Part shown: piece by piece, positions 35,623 to 44,504 of the stretch
How positions within the stretch are numbered: the stretch's first letter is position 1
Layout: each line of letters begins with the position of its first letter
Notes under the pieces: model-generated
Databases searched by the model: none
Told to the model about the DNA's origin: nothing
The model's input: only the letters and a program-made list of their open reading frames with translations
Position numbers and translations under genes: made by a program
NCBI GenBank assembly: GCA_964607165.1
Contig: CAZSIT010000002.1
Span: 46,063 to 110,062, forward strand
Length of the DNA stretch: 64,000 nucleotides
Direction: 5' to 3'
Source of the DNA: an uncultured Ignavibacteria bacterium
GTDB taxonomy: Bacteria > Zixibacteria > MSB-5A5 > DSPP01

Positions 35623-37851
35623 ATGAGCACTCATTTAACTGTAGAGGAAATGGTAAAAAAGATTAAAGAAGCCCTTGCGCAGGCCGGGTCGCATCCGCCC
35701 CGCGTGCGGGAGTTAGCTCGGAAGTTGTCAATTCCGGAAACCCAGTATCACCAATTCCGGCGTTTACTGAAAGAGATGATGCGCAATGGCGATTTGGCCA
35801 AGGGCCGGGGCGGTAAATTAGCTCTGTCAGAAAGGCAGGGCCGGATTACTGGCATTTTTACCCCCGCTCGCGCCGGGTTCGGTTTCGTCAAACCGGAAGA
35901 TGGCTCTGAGGATATTTACATTTCGCGCGAGCGGATTGCTGGAATTCTGCTTCCCGGCGATAAAGTCGAAGTTACTTTGCTTCGGAAAGGGTGGAAGGAC
36001 TTAAAGCGCGAAGGGGAAGTGATTAGGGTTTTAGAGCGGCAGACCAACCAGCTGGTTGGCACCTTCCATTCCATTCACTCAGACGCTTCGTTTACGCTGC
36101 GCTCAACGCAAGCGGAACGAGCCAACCGTGCCAACTACGTGATACCGGACGGCTTGGGGGAACGCTGGGAAGTTTTCATCCCGCAGGAAAAGACACACAA
36201 AGCGCAGGCGGGTCAGAAAGTGCTGGTACAGCTTCTCCCGCAAAAACCGGGCGTTTGGGGCCTGGAAGGAGAAATCGCCGAGGTTCTGGGAGATGCCGGT
36301 AACTCCCAAGCTATAATTCAAGGATTGGTTTACACCTATCGAATTTCGGTCGATTTTCCACACGAGGTTGAAAAAGAGCTGACCAGCCTGCCTGCAAAAG
36401 TGGCCGCTTCCGAAATCAAAAAACGCTGGGACTTTCGCAAGAAAATATGCTTTACCATTGACCCGATTGACGCCAAAGACCACGACGACGCCGTCACTTT
36501 GGAAAAACTGCCGGACAAAAATTGGCTTTTGGGAGTGCACATCGCCGACGTTTCCCACTACGTGCGCGAGGGTTCGGCCATCGACAAAGAAGCGGTCAAA
36601 CGCGGCAACTCGGTTTATCTCCCCGGACGAGTGATTCCAATGCTGCCGCACGCGCTCTCGTCCAATCTTTGCTCGCTTCTGCCGGAAAAAGTGCGCCTGA
36701 CTTACTCCTGTATGATGGAGCTTTCGCCCGATGGGCAGGTGAAAAAGTACGAAGTCGGCCGCTCGGTCATCCATTCCGCCGCCAAGTTGAACTACGAAGA
36801 GGTGCAGGAGGCGTTCGACGGCGGCGCGGCGCGCAAGAAATTGTCGAAATTTCTGGAGCCGCTGGAGGATATGCATCAGTTATCCAAAATTCTTTTGCAA
36901 AATAGGATGAAAAAAGGGAGTTTGGATTTCGATTTACCGGAGGATGAAATAATTTTGGACGCTGCAGGAAAAGTCGTCGACCTCAAACGCTCCGTGCGGC
37001 TTGATTCGCACCGGCTGATTGAAGAGTTTATGCTCCTGGCCAATCAAACAGTCGCCCGCTTTACGACGGCCTACAACTTGCCGGTTTTATACCGCGTCCA
37101 CGCCCCGCCGGATGAGGAAAAAATCGAGGCCTTCTTTTCGATTTTGAACGAACTGGGGTACAAATTTTCGCACAAGGGAGAAATCACCCCCCTGCGGCTT
37201 TCCAAAGTTCTTTCGCACATCGCCGGCAAACCGGAAGAGGAGCTGATTAACGAAATTCTTTTGCGCTCCTTGAAAAAAGCGATCTATCAGGATGAAAATA
37301 TCGGCCATTTCGGTTTGGCCTTTGACCGTTATTTGCATTTCACCTCTCCCATTCGGCGCTATCCTGATTTGCTCGTGCACCGGATTTTGCACGAATACCA
37401 ATCCGGCGGCCTCACCGCTAACCGTTATCAAACCATGCGCAAGCAGGCCGTGCATTTGGGGCAGCATTGCTCGGCCACAGAGCGCACCGCCAACGAGCTG
37501 GAACGAGAGGCGGTGAAAGTCAAACAGCTGGAGTTTATGGAAGACAAAGTCGGTGAGCATTACAAAGGCGCGGTCTCAGGCGTCACTAACTTCGGCGTTT
37601 TCGTCCGCTTGGGTCAGATGGGGGTGGAAGGAATGATTCGCCTGCGGGATTTGACCGACGACTACTACATTCTGGACGAGCGGGGGCATCGCTTAATCGG
37701 CCGAAAAACCAAAAGGAAAATTCATCTGGGCGACCCGATTACGGTCTTCGTGGTGCGGGTAGATAGGGAAGCCGGAAGAATCGAATTGGTTCCCGACTGG
37801 GGGAAGCCAAAAGATGAAAACCGGTATGCCAAAAAAAGGCAATTGAAATGA
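35623..37851 (+). CDS. rnr: ribonuclease R
   Basis: 742 aa; N-terminal HTH, cold-shock/OB, RNB catalytic domain, C-terminal S1 domain. Confidence 0.85.
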   Translation: MSTHLTVEEMVKKIKEALAQAGSHPPRVRELARKLSIPETQYHQFRRLLKEMMRNGDLAKGRGGKLALSERQGRITGIFTPARAGFGFVKPEDGSEDIYISRERIAGILLPGDKVEVTLLRKGWKDLKREGEVIRVLERQTNQLVGTFHSIHSDASFTLRSTQAERANRANYVIPDGLGERWEVFIPQEKTHKAQAGQKVLVQLLPQKPGVWGLEGEIAEVLGDAGNSQAIIQGLVYTYRISVDFPHEVEKELTSLPAKVAASEIKKRWDFRKKICFTIDPIDAKDHDDAVTLEKLPDKNWLLGVHIADVSHYVREGSAIDKEAVKRGNSVYLPGRVIPMLPHALSSNLCSLLPEKVRLTYSCMMELSPDGQVKKYEVGRSVIHSAAKLNYEEVQEAFDGGAARKKLSKFLEPLEDMHQLSKILLQNRMKKGSLDFDLPEDEIILDAAGKVVDLKRSVRLDSHRLIEEFMLLANQTVARFTTAYNLPVLYRVHAPPDEEKIEAFFSILNELGYKFSHKGEITPLRLSKVLSHIAGKPEEELINEILLRSLKKAIYQDENIGHFGLAFDRYLHFTSPIRRYPDLLVHRILHEYQSGGLTANRYQTMRKQAVHLGQHCSATERTANELEREAVKVKQLEFMEDKVGEHYKGAVSGVTNFGVFVRLGQMGVEGMIRLRDLTDDYYILDERGHRLIGRKTKRKIHLGDPITVFVVRVDREAGRIELVPDWGKPKDENRYAKKRQLK

Positions 37852-39329
37852 AATTCCTGATTGTATCGCCGACATCCGAACTCTGCGATAAACTAACCGC
37901 CGCCGCTCACCCATCCGAATGGGAATTTGTCTTTGCTTTTAGAGCGGCCGAAGCGCTGGGGGCTTTAAGGTCGGAAAAATTTGCGGCGGTGATATTCGAC
38001 GCCGCCGTTCCCGATTTGGATCCGCCGCGGCTGATGAAGAAAATTCTGCAAAAAGAGCCGGGCATAATACTTGTCGCAGTCGCCCCGGCCCAGCAGCTTT
38101 CCCTTTTTCAGCAGGGGCTCTTCTTTCAGTCCGTCGAAGCATTTCCCAAAGAAGGGAGCGGCGAAGAATTAGTAGCCCTCTTGGAAGAGTCGCTCAAAAT
38201 CCAATCGGTTTTAGAAAAGGCCGGCATCGTCGGCAAATCCCGCGCGCTGAAAAAAGTTGCCCTCGAAATTTTGGCCGTCGGCCCGACCGATTTGACCGTT
38301 TTAATCAGCGGCGAGAGCGGCACCGGCAAGGAATTGGTGGCAAAGGCAATCGCTGAAAATTCCCCGCGCGCAAGTAAGCCGTTTTTAGCCTTCAACTGCG
38401 GCGCTTTTGCCGAGGGGGTTTTGGAATCGGAACTCTTCGGCCACGAGCGCGGCGCTTTCACCGGCGCGGTAGCGCAGAAAAAGGGAGTGTTCGAGCTTGC
38501 TTCCGGCGGTACGATATTTCTGGACGAAATCGGCGAAATCTCCGCCGCCACGCAGGTCAAGTTGTTGCGCGTACTTGAAGAAAAGGCCTTCTTCCGCGTC
38601 GGCGGCAAGGAGCAGATTACCGTGGATGTACGGGTCCTTGCCGCCACCAACCGGGATTTGTCCGCCGCCGTCGCCGAAGGAAAATTTCGTTCCGATTTGT
38701 ATTACCGGCTCGGCGTGGTGAAAATCGAGCTGCCTCCGCTGCGGGAACGTCCCGAAGACATTTCGCTTCTAATTTTCCACTTCTTGAATCAACTGAAAGC
38801 GCAAAATCCAAATTTGAAAACCGAAGTTTCCGAAGGAGCGTTGGAAGAGCTTTCGCGCGCGCTGTGGCAGGGAAACGTGCGTGAGTTAAAAAACTTCATC
38901 GAAAGCCGGGCTTTGCTTTCCCCTTCGCGTACTATCACCGCCGAAGAGGTGCGGGAGCATCTGGCCCGCGCCAGTGCCGCCGACCGCAAGTTGCCGGTGA
39001 CGACCGGTAAGACGGTGGAGACCGCCGAGCGGGAGCTTATCTTTCAGGCCTTAGTCCGGCTTTCGCAGGAAGTCCGGGAATTGAAAGAGTTGTTTTTGGC
39101 GCGCGGCTCCGCCCCGGCGGAATGGCGCTTCGACCGGGGAGGCGAAGTTTTGCCGGGGAAGGAAGTTACCCCGGGAACGCAATCACTGGAAAGGATGGAA
39201 AAAGAAGTTATCGAGCGCGCTTTGCGCGAGGTCGGCGGCAACCGCAAAAAAGCCGCCGAAGTTTTAGGCATCGGCGAACGCACCCTCTACCGTAAAATCG
39301 ACCAGTATGGGTTGAGGAAAAATCGATAG
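37848..39329 (+). CDS. sigma-54-dependent Fis-family transcriptional activator (receiver-like N-domain, AAA+ core, C-terminal HTH)
   Basis: Walker A 'GESGTGKE', 'ESELFGHERGAFTGA' GAFTGA motif, C-terminal 'AAEVLGIGERTLYRKIDQYGL'. Confidence 0.85.
   Translation: MKFLIVSPTSELCDKLTAAAHPSEWEFVFAFRAAEALGALRSEKFAAVIFDAAVPDLDPPRLMKKILQKEPGIILVAVAPAQQLSLFQQGLFFQSVEAFPKEGSGEELVALLEESLKIQSVLEKAGIVGKSRALKKVALEILAVGPTDLTVLISGESGTGKELVAKAIAENSPRASKPFLAFNCGAFAEGVLESELFGHERGAFTGAVAQKKGVFELASGGTIFLDEIGEISAATQVKLLRVLEEKAFFRVGGKEQITVDVRVLAATNRDLSAAVAEGKFRSDLYYRLGVVKIELPPLRERPEDISLLIFHFLNQLKAQNPNLKTEVSEGALEELSRALWQGNVRELKNFIESRALLSPSRTITAEEVREHLARASAADRKLPVTTGKTVETAERELIFQALVRLSQEVRELKELFLARGSAPAEWRFDRGGEVLPGKEVTPGTQSLERMEKEVIERALREVGGNRKKAAEVLGIGERTLYRKIDQYGLRKNR
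39264..39320 (+). repeat. direct repeat copy 1 (3' end of sigma-54 activator gene)
   Basis: ttaggcatcggcgaacgcaccctctaccgtaaaatcgaccagtatgggttgaggaaa; copy 2 at 39559..39624 differs by 2 substitutions plus a 9-nt insertion. Confidence 0.75.
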
Positions 39330-39330
39330 T

Positions 39331-39633
39331 ATGAAATCGAATACTATTCGGAAGAATAAAAGCGGAACGGCCCGAGCCAAGGAACATTCCGGCTTGCTTC
39401 CTTTTACCTGCCTTTTCAAAAAAGAGAAAGGCGGCTATGTTGTCCGCTGCGTGGAATTGGACATCACCTCGCAGGGCGATACCTTGAAACAGGCCAAGGA
39501 AAACATCAGAGAAGCCATAAATCTGTATTTGGAATGTTACAAACCTCCGGCCAAAAGTTTGGGCATCGGCCCGCCGCAGGCGGGCACCCTCTACCGCAAA
39601 ATCGACCAGTATGGGTTGAGGAAGGGAAGATAA
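39331..39633 (+). CDS. HicB-like (UPF0150) antitoxin-fold protein whose last 18 codons duplicate the C-terminal HTH tail of the upstream sigma-54 activator
   Basis: 'YVVRCVELDITSQGDTLKQAKENIREAINLYLE' matches the HicB/UPF0150 core; C-terminus 'LGIGPPQAGTLYRKIDQYGLRKGR' encoded by repeat copy 2; no hicA-like ORF adjacent. Confidence 0.55.
   Translation: MKSNTIRKNKSGTARAKEHSGLLPFTCLFKKEKGGYVVRCVELDITSQGDTLKQAKENIREAINLYLECYKPPAKSLGIGPPQAGTLYRKIDQYGLRKGR
39559..39624 (+). repeat. direct repeat copy 2
   Basis: ttgggcatcggcccgccgcaggcgggcaccctctaccgcaaaatcgaccagtatgggttgaggaag. Confidence 0.75.
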
Positions 39634-39640
39634 AAAAGCT

Positions 39641-40495
39641 ATGGATAAAATTACAAAAATTGAGGCAATTGAAAGAATCGAGGAGTTAATTCAGGAGGTC
39701 GATGGGTTCGAGGATAAACTCAAAGGCTTAGACGTGTCGGTATTAAACTTGGGGCCTTGGCAGAAAGATGTAGAAAAGGCTCTAAAGCTTATATTTCCTG
39801 ACAAAGCTGACCACATTGAGAAATTCAAAAAGATCAAGTTTGAACCGGTACCCACGGCAGGAGGATACATTCCAATTTTGGAGATAACCCGAAGGAGGGA
39901 GGCCTACCAAACCGACTTAAAACGAGCGCGTCTATTTCTTAAGTCAAGGATTGAAGAGATAAAGGAATATTGGAAGAATGAAAACGTTTCTGATTCTGTT
40001 GGTTCAAAAGCCTTGGCAAAACCAAGCGAAACGAGAATAGTGGGAAACAAAATCTTTATTGTTCATGGCCATGATGAAAGATTAAAGAATCAACTCGAGA
40101 TATTTCTTACCGAAATTAAATTGGAGTCCGTTGTGTTACATCGAAAAGCCGATGAGGGTCTCACTATAATCGAGAAAATTGAAAAACATAGCGACGTTGG
40201 ATATGCCTTCATTCTCCTGACACCTGATGATATTGGCTATCCGATTTCGGAAGATAGCAAACCTGACCAGCAGAGAGCAAAAGAAAAAAGAGCGCGCCAG
40301 AATGTAATTTTTGAATTTGGTTATTTTGTAGGCAAGCTTGGACGGAACAGAGTTTGCTGTTTGTACAAAAAAGGTGTTGCGCTTCCAGCTGATATTGTAG
40401 GCATGATTTATAAGCAAGTCAGCGAAAATGTAGAAGAAGTGGCTTTTTCAATACAAAAAGACCTAAAAACTGCTGGCTATTCAGTAAATATATAA
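39641..40495 (+). CDS. TIR-like domain protein (PF10137 / COG4271 'predicted nucleotide-binding protein containing TIR-like domain', as in CBASS Cap12 / Pycsar PycTIR effectors) with N-terminal helical domain
   Basis: AT-rich gene; C-terminal half 'IFIVHGHDERLKNQLEIFL...TIIEKIEKHSDVGYAFILLTPDDIG...RARQNVIFEFGYFVGKLGRNRVCCLYKKGVALPADIVG' matches the remembered PF10137 consensus blocks (hGhD, TiIEKfE, LLTPDD, RARQNVifE.GyF, LGR.RV, PSD..G). Confidence 0.6.
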   Translation: MDKITKIEAIERIEELIQEVDGFEDKLKGLDVSVLNLGPWQKDVEKALKLIFPDKADHIEKFKKIKFEPVPTAGGYIPILEITRRREAYQTDLKRARLFLKSRIEEIKEYWKNENVSDSVGSKALAKPSETRIVGNKIFIVHGHDERLKNQLEIFLTEIKLESVVLHRKADEGLTIIEKIEKHSDVGYAFILLTPDDIGYPISEDSKPDQQRAKEKRARQNVIFEFGYFVGKLGRNRVCCLYKKGVALPADIVGMIYKQVSENVEEVAFSIQKDLKTAGYSVNI

Positions 40496-40499
40496 ATCT

Positions 40500-42035
40500 G
40501 TGAAGCTACAAATCCTTTTCTTTTTAGGCATAGTTTTCATTTCAAACAATGCTTTTCCTCAATCGGGCTCCCTTCTCTCCGTTGACGAACTTTCAGAAAA
40601 GCTCCGCAGCGGGGAGATTTCGATAGAGACTTTTGAGGAGGCGCTTTTGGCGGCGGAGAGAAGCGGGGCAAAGCTTTCTTTTGTGGCGCAGGAGGAGCTA
40701 AAAATTGACTCGGTTTCGGAATTTCAGCTGCCGCTTTATTTCAATTTGGGCAGCCAGTATTCGCTAATGCCGGAAAGGGCAAGCCGCAACTATTTTACCT
40801 TTAAAAGCCCGGCCAAAAACTCTTTCGGCTTTTTTGCCGAGGGAGTGAAAACGCCTACGAGCAATGAGCTTACCTTCCGCCGCCGGGGTTTATGGTTTGC
40901 GCAAGCGGGCTGGGAGGCCAGAGCTGGAAATTTTGATTACGAATGGGGCGACGGGCTGATTTTGGGAAGGGGGTTTTACCCGCTTTCGTCAGCTTCCAAG
41001 CCGGATGAATTTGGAAACTCGATTGCCTTTCCCGATTTCAGCCGCTACAACGGAATTTTGGGACGGAGAAACGCCAAAAACTTTTCGGCGGAGGCGTTCG
41101 GCTCTTTTGACCGGAGTGAATCGCATCAAGATTTCTTGGGAGCGGGAGGCTTTAGTTATTTTCGGCCGAATTTTCAGTTTGGGTTACTAGCCGGAGGCGA
41201 AGAACTGAAGAATCGGGAAAACCGAACCCAAAAATCGTTCCAGTTTGCCTCTCTGCAGGGGCGTTACAAACGCAAAGAAGCCGAACTTTCAGGTGAAGTG
41301 GGGTATCTGGACGAAAAACCTGCCGGGTATATTCTTTCCGCAATGGCTAAGCACGGCTTTTGGGCTTCGCAAATTTCCTTTTGGAACTACAACTCCAATC
41401 TGTTTATCCACTCCGGCGGGCCGTCGTTTGGGGATTACCGGACGCAGGAAATCGAAGATGTTGATTTTTCCTACCGCACACCGCGCAGCCAAACCAAAGG
41501 ATTTATCGCAAGCGAAAGCTGGCGGCCGAGTGCACGCTGGAGTCTTGATTCCAAAGTCGGCTTTTGGGGGCCTTTGGGAGAAAAGTTGAATCGGAACCGG
41601 TTTAACTTTTCCGGCCGCTATCGGCCTCTCCAAAAATTCAGTGTCTCCGGAAGCTGGACTAAAAGCGATTTTTCCGACACACTGGAAGCTCGCCAAAGAT
41701 GGCAGGGAAGAATTACGACCGATTACGAGTGTAGCAAACAGTTGGATTTGCGGCTTTCGGGCGAAATATTGAAAGGCTTTTTAGGTTTTCGAGGTAAGAC
41801 GCTTGCCGCAAGGTTGCACTGGAGCCAGAAACGGACGGCTTTTAGCTTCTGGGGAAAAATCGGGGAACGAACCGATAGAGCAACCGAGCGATTTTATTAT
41901 ATCTTCTATATCGAAGAAAGAATGAAAATTTTCCCGGAGCTTGAGTTTATGTCGCGACTATCGAAGGATTTTAACCGCTCGCTGTCAAACAAGGCATCTA
42001 CATTTCTAAGAGTTGAGCTGGGGCATCCTTTCTAA
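40500..42035 (+). CDS. hypothetical outer-membrane beta-barrel-like secreted protein
   Basis: 511 aa; signal peptide; beta-rich, ends in ...GHPF (C-terminal Phe typical of OMPs); GTG start; stop/start overlap with next gene. Confidence 0.4.
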   Translation: MKLQILFFLGIVFISNNAFPQSGSLLSVDELSEKLRSGEISIETFEEALLAAERSGAKLSFVAQEELKIDSVSEFQLPLYFNLGSQYSLMPERASRNYFTFKSPAKNSFGFFAEGVKTPTSNELTFRRRGLWFAQAGWEARAGNFDYEWGDGLILGRGFYPLSSASKPDEFGNSIAFPDFSRYNGILGRRNAKNFSAEAFGSFDRSESHQDFLGAGGFSYFRPNFQFGLLAGGEELKNRENRTQKSFQFASLQGRYKRKEAELSGEVGYLDEKPAGYILSAMAKHGFWASQISFWNYNSNLFIHSGGPSFGDYRTQEIEDVDFSYRTPRSQTKGFIASESWRPSARWSLDSKVGFWGPLGEKLNRNRFNFSGRYRPLQKFSVSGSWTKSDFSDTLEARQRWQGRITTDYECSKQLDLRLSGEILKGFLGFRGKTLAARLHWSQKRTAFSFWGKIGERTDRATERFYYIFYIEERMKIFPELEFMSRLSKDFNRSLSNKASTFLRVELGHPF

Positions 42036-43720
42036 TGCGAAAAGCCTCAATTACACTCTTAGTCATTTTCTTATCTGTTCCTGCTTTTGCACAGGCACCA
42101 AAGGTTGTGGTGAACGAAGTTTTGGCAAACGAGCCGGGGGCCTTCACCAGTTTGGAGTGGATTGAGCTTTACAATGCCGATTTAAACGCGGTTCCGTTGA
42201 CGGATTTTTCCATCATTGAAGGCGCCGACACTTCGCGTCTTGATTCCGGTTCGGTGGTACTGCCGGCAGGCGGTTTTGCAATAGTTTCCCGCAAGCCGGT
42301 TGCGGAAACTGAAACGGAAAATTCTTTTGAAAAGCACTGGGGCAATAACTCCGGTTTCTGGGGAGATGATCCCACAGAGAATTATCCCTTATTGAAAGGG
42401 AAGTTTTCTCTAAGTAATGGCTCCGGTCGAATTCTTCTACTCTATAAAAACTCGCCTGTGGATTCTTTAATCTGGTCTTTCGATGCAGGCGATGGCAAAT
42501 CGTGGGAGCGGATTTCCGTTGCGATGCCAGCCACGGGTGGGAATTTAAGTATTTCGACTGCTACATCCGGCTCAACGCCGGGGAAAATCAACTCGGTCGC
42601 GCCAGTATCAAACGATTTAGCTGTTGAGCAATTTGCCGTGCAAAATCCCTCCGGCAACTTCATGATAATTTCTGGCTCCGTTAAAAATGTGGGACTGGAC
42701 ACAACCACAGCTCGATATCTGTTTTTCTCCTCTGGAATTTTAGGTGATACAACTTACACAATCGTTCAAAAGCTCGATTCAATTTTGGTCTCATCTTTAG
42801 CACCGCAAGCATTTGACAACTTTACCATTGCCCTGACTCTACCAAATGGCTACCGGCGTTTGATTCTTTCTTTGCCGCCTGACGGAAGAAATGAAAATAA
42901 CTTTGCGGCGTTGACCGTTCGAGTTGGAACTTCTTCGCCAACTTTACTCATCAATGAATTTCTCCCCGACCCGGAAAACCCTCTGGAATCAGAATGGATT
43001 GAATTGTATAACGCCGCCGACACGGCCGTGCAGCTTTTTGGCTGGAAAATTGGAGATGCAAAAAGTCAGGTTCAGATAAGCATCGATTCGATTTCCGTAC
43101 CACCGGGGAATTTTGTTGTTGTGGTACAGAATAAAGTGAGCTTTCAGAGTTTTTACCCAAATATTTCCGTCCAAGTATTTGAGCCTTCAAGCTGGCCCTC
43201 CCTAAATAACGATGGCGATACCATAAAGCTGGTAAGTCCGTTTGGGTTGGTAGAGGATTCTATTGGGTTCAATAAAGGATATGGCAACAACGTATCGTGG
43301 GAGAAAAAAGACCCGGCGCTTCCATCCGATAATCCGGCCAACTGGTGGCGCTCGGTGGATGCCAAAGGAGCAACACCTGGAGGGCCGAATTCCATCGCCG
43401 CAGCTTATTCGGAAAACTTACAAGTCGATATTTCTCCCAACCCATTTTCGCCCGATGGCGATGGTTTTGATGATGAGGTCTCAATAAACTTTACCCTGCC
43501 TTTTCAAGCCAACTTAACGGCACGCATTTACGACGTGAACGGCCGGGAAGTGAAAACGCTTTTGGACAATTCACCGACTGTCACGGGAAAGATTACTTGG
43601 GATGGTAAGGGAAATAACGGAAAAACCTTGCGCTCCGGTATTTACGTTCTATTCATGGAAACATCTGGCTCTGCCCGCTTGACTAAAAAGGGGACTCTTG
43701 TTCTGGTTAAGAAAAAGTAG
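42035..43720 (+). CDS. secreted protein with two lamin-tail domains (LTD) and a C-terminal FlgD-Ig-like / T9SS-type sorting domain
   Basis: 'VVNEVLANEPG...EWIELYN' and 'LINEFLPDPENPLESEWIELYN' LTD signatures; C-terminus 'ISPNPFSPDGDGFDDEVSINFTL...RIYDVNGREVKTL...WDGKGNNGK...SGIYVLFMET' matches FlgD Ig-like/T9SS C-terminal domains. Confidence 0.65.
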   Translation: MRKASITLLVIFLSVPAFAQAPKVVVNEVLANEPGAFTSLEWIELYNADLNAVPLTDFSIIEGADTSRLDSGSVVLPAGGFAIVSRKPVAETETENSFEKHWGNNSGFWGDDPTENYPLLKGKFSLSNGSGRILLLYKNSPVDSLIWSFDAGDGKSWERISVAMPATGGNLSISTATSGSTPGKINSVAPVSNDLAVEQFAVQNPSGNFMIISGSVKNVGLDTTTARYLFFSSGILGDTTYTIVQKLDSILVSSLAPQAFDNFTIALTLPNGYRRLILSLPPDGRNENNFAALTVRVGTSSPTLLINEFLPDPENPLESEWIELYNAADTAVQLFGWKIGDAKSQVQISIDSISVPPGNFVVVVQNKVSFQSFYPNISVQVFEPSSWPSLNNDGDTIKLVSPFGLVEDSIGFNKGYGNNVSWEKKDPALPSDNPANWWRSVDAKGATPGGPNSIAAAYSENLQVDISPNPFSPDGDGFDDEVSINFTLPFQANLTARIYDVNGREVKTLLDNSPTVTGKITWDGKGNNGKTLRSGIYVLFMETSGSARLTKKGTLVLVKKK

Positions 43721-44504
43721 CTGGATTGTTCTTTTTCTTTTTTCAACCGCCGAAGCCAGCTTTGAGCGGGCCGGTTTTAGCCCAGCCGCAGCTGCCTTGG
43801 GTGGAATATATTTTCACCCTGAACCGGAAGCAGTTTTCTACAATCCATCCCTTTTGAATCTGCTTTCAAAAAGAGAAGTTGGCTTTTGCCATCAGCGGTT
43901 ATTCGGATTGGACGAGCTTTCCTCCAATCAAGGCGCCGCCGCTTTTCGGGTGCGGAATATTGTCCTCGGAGTTGGTTTTTATTCTTTCGGCAAAAACGAT
44001 TACTACCTTGAAAACGGCATCTGGCTCTCTGCGGCTTATCCGCTTTCAACGTTTATCCTCGGCGGTTCATTGAAAGGGCTTCTGGTTTCTTACGGCGGAA
44101 ATTATTCTTCCGACAAAGCCGTTGCCGCTGATTTGTCTTTGCTTGCCGAGGTTAAACGAGTTCGTTTGGGAGCCGTGGTTCAAAACATTCCATTTACGCC
44201 CGGCCAAAATAACTCTCCATTAGCTCCAGTTTTGCTCACTATCGGCGCTTCAGCTCAAGCGACTGAAAAAGTGGATTTGTTTGCAGGAGGAACAACACAG
44301 AAGGATGGAAAAGAGGGTATAAATCTTGGCCAGGAGTATCGCCCGGCACAATATCTGTCTTTGCGGGCCGGTTTTCGTACCGCTCCGGCGCGTTACAGCT
44401 TCGGCTTTGGAGCGCTTTACAAAGTTTTCGAATTTGACTACAGTTACACCAGCCACCCGGTGCTGGGGGGTGAAAATAGTTTTGGAGTGAGAATCAAATG
44501 GTAA
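43698..44504 (+). CDS. hypothetical outer-membrane beta-barrel protein (PorP/PorQ-like?)
   Basis: 268 aa; signal peptide; alternating beta pattern; ends ...VRIKW; operonic with LTD/T9SS-CTD gene. Confidence 0.35.
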   Translation: MFWLRKSSWIVLFLFSTAEASFERAGFSPAAAALGGIYFHPEPEAVFYNPSLLNLLSKREVGFCHQRLFGLDELSSNQGAAAFRVRNIVLGVGFYSFGKNDYYLENGIWLSAAYPLSTFILGGSLKGLLVSYGGNYSSDKAVAADLSLLAEVKRVRLGAVVQNIPFTPGQNNSPLAPVLLTIGASAQATEKVDLFAGGTTQKDGKEGINLGQEYRPAQYLSLRAGFRTAPARYSFGFGALYKVFEFDYSYTSHPVLGGENSFGVRIKW

